Part shown: piece by piece, positions 30,607 through 39,970 of the stretch
How positions within the stretch are numbered: the first letter of the stretch is position 1
How the letters are laid out: each line of letters opens with the position of its first letter
From: an uncultured delta proteobacterium
GTDB lineage: Bacteria > Desulfobacterota > Binatia > UBA9968
DNA: 64,000 nucleotides
Direction of reading: 5' to 3'
NCBI GenBank assembly: GCA_963760795.1
Contig: CAVXEP010000015.1
Location: forward strand, 106,239 to 170,238
Translations under genes and position numbers: made by a program
The notes under the pieces: generated by a model
What the model was told of the DNA's origin: nothing
The model's input: the letters and a program-made list of their open reading frames with translations, nothing else
Database searches by the model: none

Positions 30607-30842
30607 TTCACCGCGAAGAGCGGCAGAGCCGCAACCAAAAAGAAGAATGGCCGCAAAGAACGCAAAGGGCGCAAAAATTATCGGGAGTTGTAGGGGCGGG
30701 TCTTAAACCCGCCCTCTTGGCTTTGGCGCATCGAGAAATTTGCGTAAGCCGCGCAAATTGTCATGGATAGTCATACGAAGAGCACGAGGATGGGAAAAAT
30801 ATTTCAGAAACCTTCGTGTCCTTCGTGTCCTTCGTGGTGAAA
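30607..30842. repeat. Nested repeat cluster: a CACGAAG palindrome interrupted by a second element that contains a GTAG REP
   Basis: ttcaccgcgaag [ccgcaaccaaaa...ccgcaaagaacgcaaagggcgcaaaa...gtaggggcgggtcttaaacccgccct...] acgaagagcacgagg...cttcgtgtccttcgtgtccttcgtggtgaa. Confidence 0.75.
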
Positions 30843-30888
30843 ATTTCTTCCATAGTTAGCCGCGGCACCGACAACTTCGAAACCGCTC

Positions 30889-32406
30889 TCACTTTATTAA
30901 CCAGCTACGCTTCACTTTCAGCAGAATCAAGACCAACGTCGCGATCGTCATCGCCCAGGCGAACCAGTCGCCGAAGCGGACGTAGTAAGTCGTTTCATCC
31001 AAAACATCCACTTCGGTCTGCATGACCGCCGCAGTAAACATCGGCAAGGTTTTGACCAATTCGCCCTTGGCATTGACCAATGAAGTAACACCGGTGTTGG
31101 TGACGCGCAGCAAGCTGCGGCGGGTTTCGATGGCGCGCGATTGCGCCAGACGCAGGTGCTGCCAAGGTCCCACCGATTTGCCGTACCATGCGTCGTTGGT
31201 GAGATTGATCAGAATATTGGCGCGGGTTTCACTGACGAACTTGCGCACCACCTCGGGCAGCAGATCTTCGTAACAGATGAGCGGCGCCACCCGCACCGCG
31301 CGCGGCAAATGAAACACCACCGGACCCGGTCCTGGCGTAAAACCATCGGCCATGGGCAACGCCGGAATCCATGACAACAATTTTGCGAAGGGCAGATACT
31401 CGCCGAAGGCGAGTAATACTTGTTTATGATAGCGGGCGAGAATCCGCCCCTTGACTGTCGGTAAAAAAAGCGGTGTTGAAGGCTTTGCCGTCGGGCTGCC
31501 CGGGATTGCCGCGAAAACTTTTCGCGCCGAAGATGAAGTAGGCGCGGTCCGACTTGAAAGCCGGCATCACGTCCAACGGCAGCGCCTGCACCCTCTCCGG
31601 AATGATCGCCTCGATCGCCGACTCCGGCCAAACCACCAGCGGCACGGCGGGGAGATCGTTGGTGAGCTGGCGGTGCTGGTCGAGGTTTTTTTGCGCCAGC
31701 ACTGGATTCCATTTCATGTCGATGTCGACATTTCCCTGGACCACGCCGACTGATAATTTGCGCGCGCCGGCCATTTCGTCGCCGACACTCTGCAAACGCT
31801 GGAAGCCGTAAACCAGGGCAACGACGATCGCTAAACTAGCGTAAGCCAATGGCAGGATTTTCTTTCTCGGTTCCGCACTGGTGAACAGCGCGTGATAGAG
31901 CGCTGCGCTAAACCACATGACGATGAAACCAGTACCATAGGGGCCGACCAGGTCGGCGGTTTGGATCACCCAGAGAAACGTCACCTGGGAGTTGGCGATA
32001 TACCACGGGAACAAAAGCGGAAAGAGAAATTCGAGGGGCACCCAAAACAACGCCGGGAAAGATCAGCAACGGGCCGAAACCGATGCTACGCACGAGCAGG
32101 GCAAAGAGCGCCATCTGAATCCCCTGCAGCGCTGCATACAGCACGAAGACCACGACGCTGACGGCGAACGGCAAGCCGCCGAAGACACTGATCGTATAGG
32201 TGAGCCAATGGAAGCCGATCAAGTGCGCCACCAGCCCCATCAACCAACCGTACAAGATCGCATGCTCGTAGACTTTCGGCGCGATCGATGGCCCAAAACA
32301 GCGGCACGAAGGCAAACCAAGCCAACGGGAAAAACCACGGTTCGAGAAACGGCGCGGCAAGCAACGCCGCGGCGAGCATCGGCAGCAGGATGTTAGGTAA
32401 TTTCAC
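30889..32406 (-). CDS. lnt: Apolipoprotein N-acyltransferase (about 3 frameshifts, probable assembly indels)
   Basis: LAWFAFVPL, FPW, QTADLVGPYG, VVQGNV, VVWPESA, LAFGEYLP, PLICYE, NLTNDAWYG, RAIETRR..RVTNTG. Confidence 0.93.
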
Positions 32407-32433
32407 GGAATCGGATTGCGCTCGTTACAGAGT

Positions 32434-32901
32434 TTAGGGAACCGCGACCGGATGGGTGTCCTTGCCGTCGAAGGCCGGTGCGTACACCGCCAACACCACC
32501 GTCGCTTCGCTCGCGCCGTTGACATACTGATGGGCGACGCCGCGCGGGATGTGAATGACGTCGCCGGCTTTCAGATCGATGCGCTTGTCGGCCAACACCA
32601 GATAGCCTTGGCCGCGCAGCAGGGTCACCGTGCCGTCATGAAGTTTGTGCACATGCAAGATCTCGCGGTCGCGGATCTGCACGATATGCTGGCTGGCGCT
32701 CGCCGAGCGGCCGAGATTGGCGACTTTGATATTCTCCCCAGGCGCCAGTGGATTATCGGCGAGGATTTTTTCCAGATCGGTCTCGCGGTATTCATCGCCA
32801 TACTGCAAATAAAAACGCGGCCCGGAAACGCAGGCGGACAAAAGTCCCAAGCCGGCGGCGAGCAGCAGCGCCAGACTATTTCTTTTCAGACTCAAAATCA
32901 T
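32434..32901 (-). CDS. Cupin-domain lipoprotein
   Basis: Lipobox LLSAC; HVHKLHD...GQG and GDVIHIPRGVAH cupin motifs. Confidence 0.82.
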   Translation of the reverse strand: MILSLKRNSLALLLAAGLGLLSACVSGPRFYLQYGDEYRETDLEKILADNPLAPGENIKVANLGRSASASQHIVQIRDREILHVHKLHDGTVTLLRGQGYLVLADKRIDLKAGDVIHIPRGVAHQYVNGASEATVVLAVYAPAFDGKDTHPVAVP

Positions 32902-33451
32902 AAGCGAGCTCGAGAAACTGCACCAGGATGCGCGCGGTGACGCCCCAAATATCCCAGCCATTGTTGACATAGAAGTGATAACTCGGATGGCCGCCGGGCG
33001 AGAGATGGGCATTTTTCACATAAGTGCCGGGCTCCATCAGCGAGCGAATCGGCACCGAGGCGACCGCGCTGGTCTCCGCCAGATCGAGGAGAAAATCGTA
33101 TTGCGGCGGAATCACGCCGACCACCGGGGTCACGACGATGCCGTAGCCGGCGGTGAATTCGTCCAGCCGGCCGAGCACCCGTACATGTTCCGGCACGACG
33201 CCGATCTCTTCATGGCTTTCGCGCAACGCGGTGGCAACCAGATCGGCGTCCCCCGCATGCACCCGCCCGCCGGGAAAGGCGATCTGTCCTTTGTGCGTCG
33301 GCATGTTGTCGCCGCGCTTGGTCAGCACGACGTAGTCGCCGTCGGCGCGCTCTTGGATCGCGATCAACACCGCCGCCGGCTTGAGGCTGTTACCCGCGAC
33401 GATCTCCGGCGTCCGCGATATTAAAGCGGAAAAAATTTTGTCGGTAACCAT
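32876..33451 (-). CDS. Nudix CoA pyrophosphatase (NudL/NUDT7-like)
   Basis: AAVLI, LTKR..HKGQIAFPGG, TALRESHEEIG, IWGVTA. Confidence 0.92.
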   Translation of the reverse strand: MVTDKIFSALISRTPEIVAGNSLKPAAVLIAIQERADGDYVVLTKRGDNMPTHKGQIAFPGGRVHAGDADLVATALRESHEEIGVVPEHVRVLGRLDEFTAGYGIVVTPVVGVIPPQYDFLLDLAETSAVASVPIRSLMEPGTYVKNAHLSPGGHPSYHFYVNNGWDIWGVTARILVQFLELAYDFESEKK

Positions 33452-33532
33452 GGGGGAATAACTTTTGCCGGATGTGCGATCTGTGATAGATACCGTGGCA
33501 ATTTAGCCAATCGAAAGGCAAAACACTAGCCC

Positions 33533-34189
33533 GTGACCGAACGTGAAATTCATGCCGCCGTGCGCATCCTGCGCCGCGAAGTGCCCAAATGGGAAACCCC
33601 CGTCGTAACCCTCATGGCGGAGACCTACCAAAGCCCGTTTCGGGTGTTAATCTCGTGCATTCTGAGTTTGCGCACCCAGGACGCCACCACCGCGAAAGCG
33701 TCGCACCGACTGTTCGCCGTCGCCGATTCGCCGCAAGCGATGGTCAAACTGACGGCGAAGAAAATCGAAAAGCTGATCTACCCGGTGGGCTTTTATAAAA
33801 CCAAGGCGCGGCAGATTCGCGAAATGTGCCAGACCATCATCGACCGTCACGACGGCAAAGTGCCCGACGAGATCGACGAGCTGCTCAAGTTCAAGGGCGT
33901 CGGGCGCAAGACCGCCAACCTGGTCGTCACCTTGGGCTACAACAAGCCCGGCATCTGCGTCGACACCCATGTGCACCGGATTTCCAATCGCTGGGGCTAT
34001 ATCCAAACCGCCACACCGGAGAAAACCGAAGTTGCTCTGCGCGCCAAACTACCGAAGCAATACTGGATCGAGTACAACAACTTGCTGGTGAATTTCGGCC
34101 AGCATCTGTGCCGGCCGATCTCGCCCATGTGCAGCGACTGTCCGGTGAAAAAATACTGCCCGCAGTTGGGCGTCGGCGTGAGGCGATAA
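33533..34189 (+). CDS. nth: Endonuclease III
   Basis: HhH motif FKGVGRKTAN, VDTHVHRISNR, C-terminal C-x6-C-x2-C-x5-C iron-sulfur motif. Confidence 0.95.
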   Translation: MTEREIHAAVRILRREVPKWETPVVTLMAETYQSPFRVLISCILSLRTQDATTAKASHRLFAVADSPQAMVKLTAKKIEKLIYPVGFYKTKARQIREMCQTIIDRHDGKVPDEIDELLKFKGVGRKTANLVVTLGYNKPGICVDTHVHRISNRWGYIQTATPEKTEVALRAKLPKQYWIEYNNLLVNFGQHLCRPISPMCSDCPVKKYCPQLGVGVRR

Positions 34190-34191
34190 CC

Positions 34192-35424
34192 ATGGCGCAA
34201 GCGGTTCCCAAAGGCTACTTCGCGAAAAATATTGACGCCGTCGGCTACCATGATTTGAACGGCAAGCCGGCCTTCAAGTTGGCGATGCAGGAGAAAAATC
34301 GCCGCTGGTATCTCTACGTCGCCCACCTTTGGCATCGCGGCTGGAGCATACTCGATGTCACCGATCCGGCGGCGCCGCAATATTGCACTTCCGTTCCAGG
34401 GCCGGAAAATACCTGGACCATTCAGATCCAGGTCGCCGACGGTAAAATGATCGCCGGCCTCGAACGCATCGCACCCGGCTGGGGCGGCGCTGACGGCCAG
34501 CCATCGGCGGAAGGGTTTTTTATTTTCGATGTCAGCGAGCCGACCGAGCCCAGACAGATCGGCCACTGGAAAACCGGCAGCACCGGCACGCACCGCAACT
34601 TCTACGCCGGCGGCAACATGGTTCACGCCGCCGCCGGCGCGCCGGGACTGACAGGGAAAATTTATCGCAGCATCGACATCGGCGATCCGAGTAATCCACG
34701 CGAGGTCGGCCGCTTCTCGTTACCGGAACAGGAGGCTGGCGCCGATACCAAGGGGTTAAAATTTTCCTTTCACGGCCCGGCCCATATCGAAGGCGAGCGC
34801 GCCTACCTTTCCTACGGCGACGGCGGCGGCATTATCCTCGATGTCAGCGATCTCGCACAGCCGAAGTTGGTGAGCCAGTTGGCCTTCCGCGGCATCACCG
34901 CGACTCAAGGAATTCATACCTACCTGCCGCTGCCACGGCGCAAGCTTGCTGTGATCAATGACGAGGCGATTAGGGAGAACGGCGACGAGAATTTGAATCT
35001 CGCCGGCATCGTCGACATCAGCGACGAAAAGCGGCCGCGCATGCTGTCGCTCTTTCCCCTGCCAGAACCGCCACCGGAGAGTGAACTGAAGAATTTCTAC
35101 GAGAAAGCCGGTCGCTTCGGCCCGCATAACCACCATCACCCGAACCACCAAGCCTGTCTCGAAGACCGCGACGACGTCGCCTACTTGACCTACTTCAATG
35201 CCGGCTTGCGAGTCTACGACATCCGCGACCCACGCCAACCCAAAGAGTTTGGCTATTTCGTCCCGGCCGATCCAACGAAAAGAATCGGCACCAAGCCGAG
35301 TCGACTGGTAGCTCAGTCCGAAGATGTCCTGGTCGACCGCCGCGGCTTCATTTATCTAAGCGACAAGACCCATGGGATTCATATCCTACACGTAAACAAA
35401 TTCTGGCCGTACCGAGACACGTAA
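34192..35424 (+). CDS. LVIVD-repeat beta-propeller protein
   Basis: Repeated ILDVTDP / IFDVSEP / ILDVSD / IVDISDE / VYDIRDP units; RFGPHN; YFNAGLRVYD. Confidence 0.85.
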   Translation: MAQAVPKGYFAKNIDAVGYHDLNGKPAFKLAMQEKNRRWYLYVAHLWHRGWSILDVTDPAAPQYCTSVPGPENTWTIQIQVADGKMIAGLERIAPGWGGADGQPSAEGFFIFDVSEPTEPRQIGHWKTGSTGTHRNFYAGGNMVHAAAGAPGLTGKIYRSIDIGDPSNPREVGRFSLPEQEAGADTKGLKFSFHGPAHIEGERAYLSYGDGGGIILDVSDLAQPKLVSQLAFRGITATQGIHTYLPLPRRKLAVINDEAIRENGDENLNLAGIVDISDEKRPRMLSLFPLPEPPPESELKNFYEKAGRFGPHNHHHPNHQACLEDRDDVAYLTYFNAGLRVYDIRDPRQPKEFGYFVPADPTKRIGTKPSRLVAQSEDVLVDRRGFIYLSDKTHGIHILHVNKFWPYRDT

Positions 35425-35437
35425 ACAGAAACCTCTC

Positions 35438-35579
35438 GTAGATTGGGTTACCAAAGCGCAACCTAACATTAGTCTGTCATCACCAGCTGAAACCATGAGG
35501 CGGGTTATCGGCCGGCGCCCAGATCCGGTGGACTATCCGAATCGGAACCGTCGGGTTACGCTGGGCTAACCCGATCTAC
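35438..35579. repeat. GTAG REP doublet
   Basis: gtagattgggttacc...gcaacctaac ... tcgggttacg...ctaacccgatctac. Confidence 0.7.
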
Positions 35580-35672
35580 GGTACTAAAACCGTCACCCAT
35601 TGAGTCCTTTCAACGATTTGAACGGAGCGCAGCGTTTGAACGGCTTGAACGATTTGAACGGTAGTTTTCTTC

Positions 35673-36002
35673 CTAGGGTTTCATCGACTCGGGAAAATAT
35701 TTTGACGGCGCCCAAACATTGACCGTGAAATTTCGGCAACCTAAAACGCGCAGCTCGCGCATGATCCGGATATAATCCGCCGAATCGATGAAATCTCGCC
35801 AATTATCCAGCGTTTCGAAATCGATGGTGATCGCCACGTGGGGCGTCACTTCCAGCGGGTTGCGGTAGTTACGCACTTCGATCACGCCCTTATGGCCCAG
35901 GGTGACCGGCAACCAATCGTTCTTCGCCTTGTTGGCGTAAACCGTCAGGTTGGCCTTCTGATCGGGCAGATCCCACTGGATGACGAAATGCACCATGGTC
36001 AT
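35673..36002 (-). CDS. Small dimeric alpha+beta barrel protein (EthD/DUF1330-like)
   Basis: GGAGG RBS; pattern HKGVIEVRNYR...TIDFETLDNWRDFIDSADY. Confidence 0.7.
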   Translation of the reverse strand: MTMVHFVIQWDLPDQKANLTVYANKAKNDWLPVTLGHKGVIEVRNYRNPLEVTPHVAITIDFETLDNWRDFIDSADYIRIMRELRVLGCRNFTVNVWAPSKYFPESMKP

Positions 36003-36008
36003 GTCCTC

Positions 36009-36800
36009 CTACTGCGTCGCGCGCACGAGGCCGCCATCGATGGCGATGGTCGTACCGGTGATGTAGCTGGCGCGGTCAGATCCGAGAAACACGATCAGAT
36101 CGCCGGCTTCCTCAGGCGTGCCGTAGCGTCCCAACGGTACCTCCGCCGCCATCTCCTGGTTGATCTCCTCCAGCGAACGGCCCACGCGGTCGGCGCGCGC
36201 CTGGTTCAGCTTCTGCGCGCGATCGGTATCGATGCGGCCGGGGCAAACGTTATTGAACAGAATATTGTCGCGGGCTAGTTCCCGTGACAGCGTCTTGGCC
36301 CAGCCAATCACCGCGCTGCGCACCGCATTGGACAGTACCAACCCTGCGATCGGTTCTTTGACTGAGTAAGAAGTAATGTTGATCACTTTGCCGCCGCCGA
36401 CTTTGCGCAGATGCGGCACCGCTTCGCGGGTCATGCGCATGGTGCTCATGAAACTGAGATTGAAAGCATTCTGCCAGTCCTCGTCGGTAAACTTCATGAA
36501 CTCGCCGGGAGGCGGACCGCCGGCGTTGTTGACCACGACATCGACCCGGCCAAAATGTTTCGCCGCATCGTCGACGAATTTCTTGATATCCTCCGGCTTG
36601 CTCATATCCGCGACGATTGCCAAGACGTCGCCGCCGGTCTGTTTGCGAATTTGTTCCGCGGTTTCGTTCAACGCCGCTTGGCCGCGGGCGCAGATCGCCA
36701 CCTTGGCGCCTTCGCGCGCGAAGCCCACCGCCGCCGCCTTGCCCATGCCCTGGCTCGCGCCGGCGACCAAGGCCACTTTACCTTTGAGTCCGAGATCCAT
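36009..36800 (-). CDS. Short-chain dehydrogenase/reductase
   Basis: MDLGLKGKVALVAGASQGMG, NNAGGPPPG, LVLSNAVR, YITGTTIAIDGG. Confidence 0.94.
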   Translation of the reverse strand: MDLGLKGKVALVAGASQGMGKAAAVGFAREGAKVAICARGQAALNETAEQIRKQTGGDVLAIVADMSKPEDIKKFVDDAAKHFGRVDVVVNNAGGPPPGEFMKFTDEDWQNAFNLSFMSTMRMTREAVPHLRKVGGGKVINITSYSVKEPIAGLVLSNAVRSAVIGWAKTLSRELARDNILFNNVCPGRIDTDRAQKLNQARADRVGRSLEEINQEMAAEVPLGRYGTPEEAGDLIVFLGSDRASYITGTTIAIDGGLVRATQ

Positions 36801-36837
36801 GCGTGCTTTTCCCCCTGGTAATTTTTGAATGTGCCGG

Positions 36838-36866
36838 ATACTAACAAACCTAATGGAAGCGGTCAA
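36838..36866 (-). promoter_or_regulatory. Sigma-70-type promoter for the SDR gene
   Basis: Minus strand TTGACC-N17-TAGTAT, ending about 37 nt upstream of the SDR start. Confidence 0.6.
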
Positions 36867-36869
36867 AAC

Positions 36870-37023
36870 AGGTCGTAGCTGGAGGTTGGCTCGGCAGTCC
36901 GACAGGTCACGGAGCGTCCGTGCTAACGTCAGCCGTTCAAGTCGTTAGGGGAATGAAGCATAAGCAGAGAATCGACAGCACAGTGACAGCGTCAATCATG
37001 CTGCCGGACGCAGTTCATGGCCT
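36870..37023. ncRNA. Candidate structured non-coding RNA, family unassigned
   Basis: Nested helices: AGGUCGUAGCUG/CAGUUCAUGGCCU, GUCCGACAG/CUGCCGGAC, GUCAC/GUGAC, GUGCU/AGCAC, GUCG/CGAC; no ORF of 60 aa or more; not one of the local repeat families. Confidence 0.5.
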
Positions 37024-37080
37024 ACCTTTTAGTAGACCGCCGATTTCCGACCGCCGACCTCTGATCTCTGACCACTAGTC

Positions 37081-37326
37081 TCACTTTTGCGCCCAATAAA
37101 TATTGTCGCGAAACTGTGGATTGAGCCGCTTGATGTACAGACAGAGCATGCCGTGCACGCCCAGCTGGCGCAGCTTGCGCGGATCGCCGGCGCGCAGCGC
37201 GTCTTTTTCTTCGTTCGATAGCTCATAACCGGTCATGACGCTTTCGAAGTCGGCTGACGCTCGCTGGTAGATCGCTTCGTTCATCTTGAGATCGAACAAC
37301 AAACGACTTAAATCATAACAGCTCAC
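37081..37326 (-). CDS. LigA-like small subunit of an extradiol ring-cleavage dioxygenase
   Basis: YDLSRLLFDL...YELSNEEKDALRAGDPRKLRQLGVHGML; directly downstream of the LigB-like gene. Confidence 0.85.
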   Translation of the reverse strand: MSCYDLSRLLFDLKMNEAIYQRASADFESVMTGYELSNEEKDALRAGDPRKLRQLGVHGMLCLYIKRLNPQFRDNIYWAQK

Positions 37327-37353
37327 AAACCCTCCCTGACACCCGGCTCTCGG

Positions 37354-38221
37354 CTAAACTAGTTTCCAGCTGACAAAGCCCCACCCGGTGGCGACGAAGT
37401 CCGGCATGTAGGCGGTAAAGCTCGCCTTGGCATCGCCCACTGCGCCGATCACCACCATCCAGTTGAGAAACTCGGTATCGCCCGCCTGCAAGAGATCTTG
37501 CACTGAATAGTCAACCAAACTGCGGCCTTTCCCCTGGCGCATGACTTCGAGCAGCTTATGATCGAAACTCTCGTCGATCTCGCCGATGCGCGGCGAGCCG
37601 GGGAAATGGGACAAGCCGCCGGTGGCGAGGATCGCCACGCGCTCTTTTGCGCTATGCGCAACTTCACGGATCAGCTCGCCGACCTGATAACAGCGCCGCG
37701 GCGATGGCGCCGGGTCGACCCAGGTGTTCACGTAGATCGGTAAGATGGGAATCGTTGGTTGCGGCAGGAGAAAATGGAGCGGGACATTCTGCGTATGTTG
37801 CAACTCGACATGCTCGCCATAGGAAAAGTCGATGCCCTTCTCCATGCCGGCGCGGATGATCGCTTTGCCCAGTTCCTGGTGATTTTGATAATCGAACTTA
37901 TGCCGGGTGAACTGCCCCTGCACACGCTCGGCGATGGTGACAAAAAAAGTCGGGATATTGTTCCAAAAAAAATTGACGAATTGATCGTTGGCAACGACGA
38001 TCAGCACATCCGGTTTCGCCTGCTCCAGATCGGCGCGCAGCGTTGAAAATGCCAGCCTCCGCGTCTCGCCGCAGCTTCTTCTGCTGCTCCAGAGTCGGCC
38101 GGTTGGCCGAGGCCTGCGGCGCCATGCTGTAGTGCAAGTCCATAAAATCTTCCCACTCTTGACCGGGCTCGAGAAGAATATTCGGCGCATGGCTCGCCGC
38201 TAAGGCGGAAACTAGGGGCAT
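37354..38221 (-). CDS. LigB-like class III extradiol dioxygenase (frameshift near 38055)
   Basis: AASHAP, PDVLIVVANDQFVNFF, LQHTQNVPL, ATGGLSHFPG, GEIDESFD, GDTEFLNW. Confidence 0.9.
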
Positions 38222-38395
38222 AGCTCAAACTCCTCCGTGAAGTGAGCGAAATCCTATTCCCCGACCTGAGTAATTGCAACTATGGAATGGAACTATGGAA
38301 GGGCGCCATCGCGAAGAGACTATGAGCTGAGACCAGATGCGGGGCTGAGCGGTCGGTTCTTGCTCCGACTAATCGCCAGCCCGATGACCAATCGC

Positions 38396-38542
38396 TTAAA
38401 GCATCCGATAATTGCGCACGGACACCCAGACCGCAACAAAGACAACGACGAGCGAAACAATCGGATGATTCAAAACCCACGCGAGCGACGGTTCAAGAGC
38501 ATGGCGCGAAATCAATTCGAAGTACCGTGATAGAAGATCCAT
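38396..38542 (-). CDS. 48-aa single-TM membrane microprotein (not in the ORF track)
   Basis: AGAGG RBS; MDLLSRYFELISRHALEPSLAWVLNHPIVSLVVVFVAVWVSVRNYRML. Confidence 0.55.
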   Translation of the reverse strand: MDLLSRYFELISRHALEPSLAWVLNHPIVSLVVVFVAVWVSVRNYRML

Positions 38543-38961
38543 ATAATGCCTCTGTTTGGTTGGTTTCTGGTTATTCTACAGCAACCGGCGTTTCCGAATA
38601 CCACAAACTAGCCCGATGCGAATTCCTCAGGTCAATCATTGACGCCGCTGTCATCAATCCGCCAAGGGCACCGAGCTCAATTTTTTGAAGAGACTCCAGG
38701 TGTCGGCCCGGCGAGTGTCCGGCCATGAGAATCTGCCGTATCAACGACATTCACCTTGCTCACGGTTCCCGCATGGAAGTAATTTTTGGCAGTTTTAGAT
38801 CGTTAACGCAGGTTTCCCCCAGTTTTCCGTACAATCTTGGCTCGAAGTTGGACAATTCTGAAAGCTTTTCCGCCGACTTTCATTCCGTCATGGTCAGGGC
38901 AGCCTGCCGTAAATGACGAGATTCGTGAGGATTTAGTCCGTCCGATGACGTTTCGAGAGTC

Positions 38962-38977
38962 TGGCACCATGGTTGCT
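38962..38977 (+). promoter_or_regulatory. Sigma-54 (-24/-12) promoter
   Basis: TGGCAC-CATGG-TTGCT matches TGGCAC-N5-TTGCW; preceded by ~400 nt with no convincing gene (room for enhancer sites). Confidence 0.75.
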
Positions 38978-38988
38978 CTATCGTCGGT

Positions 38989-39165
38989 ATGTCAACGCAA
39001 ACGAAGTATCATCCGATGAAACTTTTACTCGTAACCATGTTTAGGAAAGTTCCCGTGCGCAAGACCAAGCAGCGTGCCACGTTCTGCAAACAATGCGGCA
39101 CAAGAATTTATTCGTTGACGTTTCTCAAGGCCCATCTCGAGTCCCATCAACGGAAGCCACACTAA
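38989..39165 (+). CDS. C2H2 zinc-finger microprotein (58 aa; alternative starts 39016 and 39037; not in the ORF track)
   Basis: MSTQTKYHPMKLLLVTMFRKVPVRKTKQRATFCKQCGTRIYSLTFLKAHLESHQRKPH contains C-x2-C-x3-I-x5-L-x2-H-x3-H. Confidence 0.7.
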   Translation: MSTQTKYHPMKLLLVTMFRKVPVRKTKQRATFCKQCGTRIYSLTFLKAHLESHQRKPH

Positions 39166-39185
39166 ACACAAAATGGAGACAAAAA

Positions 39186-39377
39186 ATGGATTTTTCAGTG
39201 ATCCCGTGGAAAATCTTTCTCGACGCCCTGCAGCACCAGCAACCGAGCACGTTGGAACTTTGGTTGCACCGCTGGCTGTTCACCAACGACGGCGTAATCA
39301 TGGCGACCACTGCCTGGCAAGAAACAGTGAGCCGAAGGAATAGTGGCACAGCCGATCATGAAGCTCTTCAAGCGTAA
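39186..39377 (+). CDS. 63-aa Trp-rich hypothetical microprotein
   Basis: GGAG RBS; MDFSVIPWKIFLDALQHQQPSTLELWLHRWLFTNDG...; 20 nt after the zinc-finger ORF. Confidence 0.55.
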   Translation: MDFSVIPWKIFLDALQHQQPSTLELWLHRWLFTNDGVIMATTAWQETVSRRNSGTADHEALQA

Positions 39378-39594
39378 TTCGATCGACGATAGGCGGCGGC
39401 CGGTTGCGGCGCGCTGTAACCATCGGCTCGCGGTGATCGTCGATCCCAGCGAACGGGAATTGACTGAACTCGAAACCATGCTCGCGCGATGTCCCAACTG
39501 CAGCCAATGGCATCCTGGCCAAGGACCGATCATGGCGGTGTTAACCAGCCGCCAAGACTCTAGCCAGAATAGTTCCAACCATTACATGCTGTGA
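39343..39594 (+). CDS. Small putative Zn-binding protein (C-x-H...C-x2-C)
   Basis: RCNHRL...RCPNCSQWH; overlaps the preceding ORF. Confidence 0.55.
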   Translation: MAQPIMKLFKRNSIDDRRRPVAARCNHRLAVIVDPSERELTELETMLARCPNCSQWHPGQGPIMAVLTSRQDSSQNSSNHYML

Positions 39595-39633
39595 CCAGAC
39601 TAGAGGAATCGCCAACCCTAGGAAAGTGTAACC

Positions 39634-39966
39634 ATGGAAGCTTTAAAGGTTGTCCTCCCCAGCGCCGAAAGCAAACCTTGCGTATGCGGCGCCACAATTT
39701 TTCGCACAGACGTAACTAGGCCCAGACACGAACCGATCTGGCTCTGCTCGCGTCACTGCGGCGCCTACGGGCTCACCTACGAAAGCGCGCTGCGGCGCAA
39801 AGTCAGACTGGATCTGTTGAGTTGGGGTAATCTGCGGCGCCATGCACAGAGGCTGATCGCTGCGGATGAGAAATCCGACGACGAGATTCCTCCGCAGTCC
39901 ATGACTCTGCGCACCGCACCGGTTTGCGCCACATTGGCAAGCGGTAATCGTTTTGAATCGTGGTGA
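39634..39966 (+). CDS. Small putative Zn-ribbon protein (C-x-C...C-x3-C)
   Basis: AGGA RBS; KPCVCGATI...IWLCSRHCGAYG. Confidence 0.6.
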   Translation: MEALKVVLPSAESKPCVCGATIFRTDVTRPRHEPIWLCSRHCGAYGLTYESALRRKVRLDLLSWGNLRRHAQRLIAADEKSDDEIPPQSMTLRTAPVCATLASGNRFESW

Positions 39967-39970
39967 AATA

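Noticed and set aside
36870-37023. Known riboswitch, SRP RNA or tRNA-Sec
   Set aside because: I could not find the ZTP, cobalamin, TPP, SAM or SRP consensus motifs or a cloverleaf, and the SDR promoter lies between the structure and the gene.
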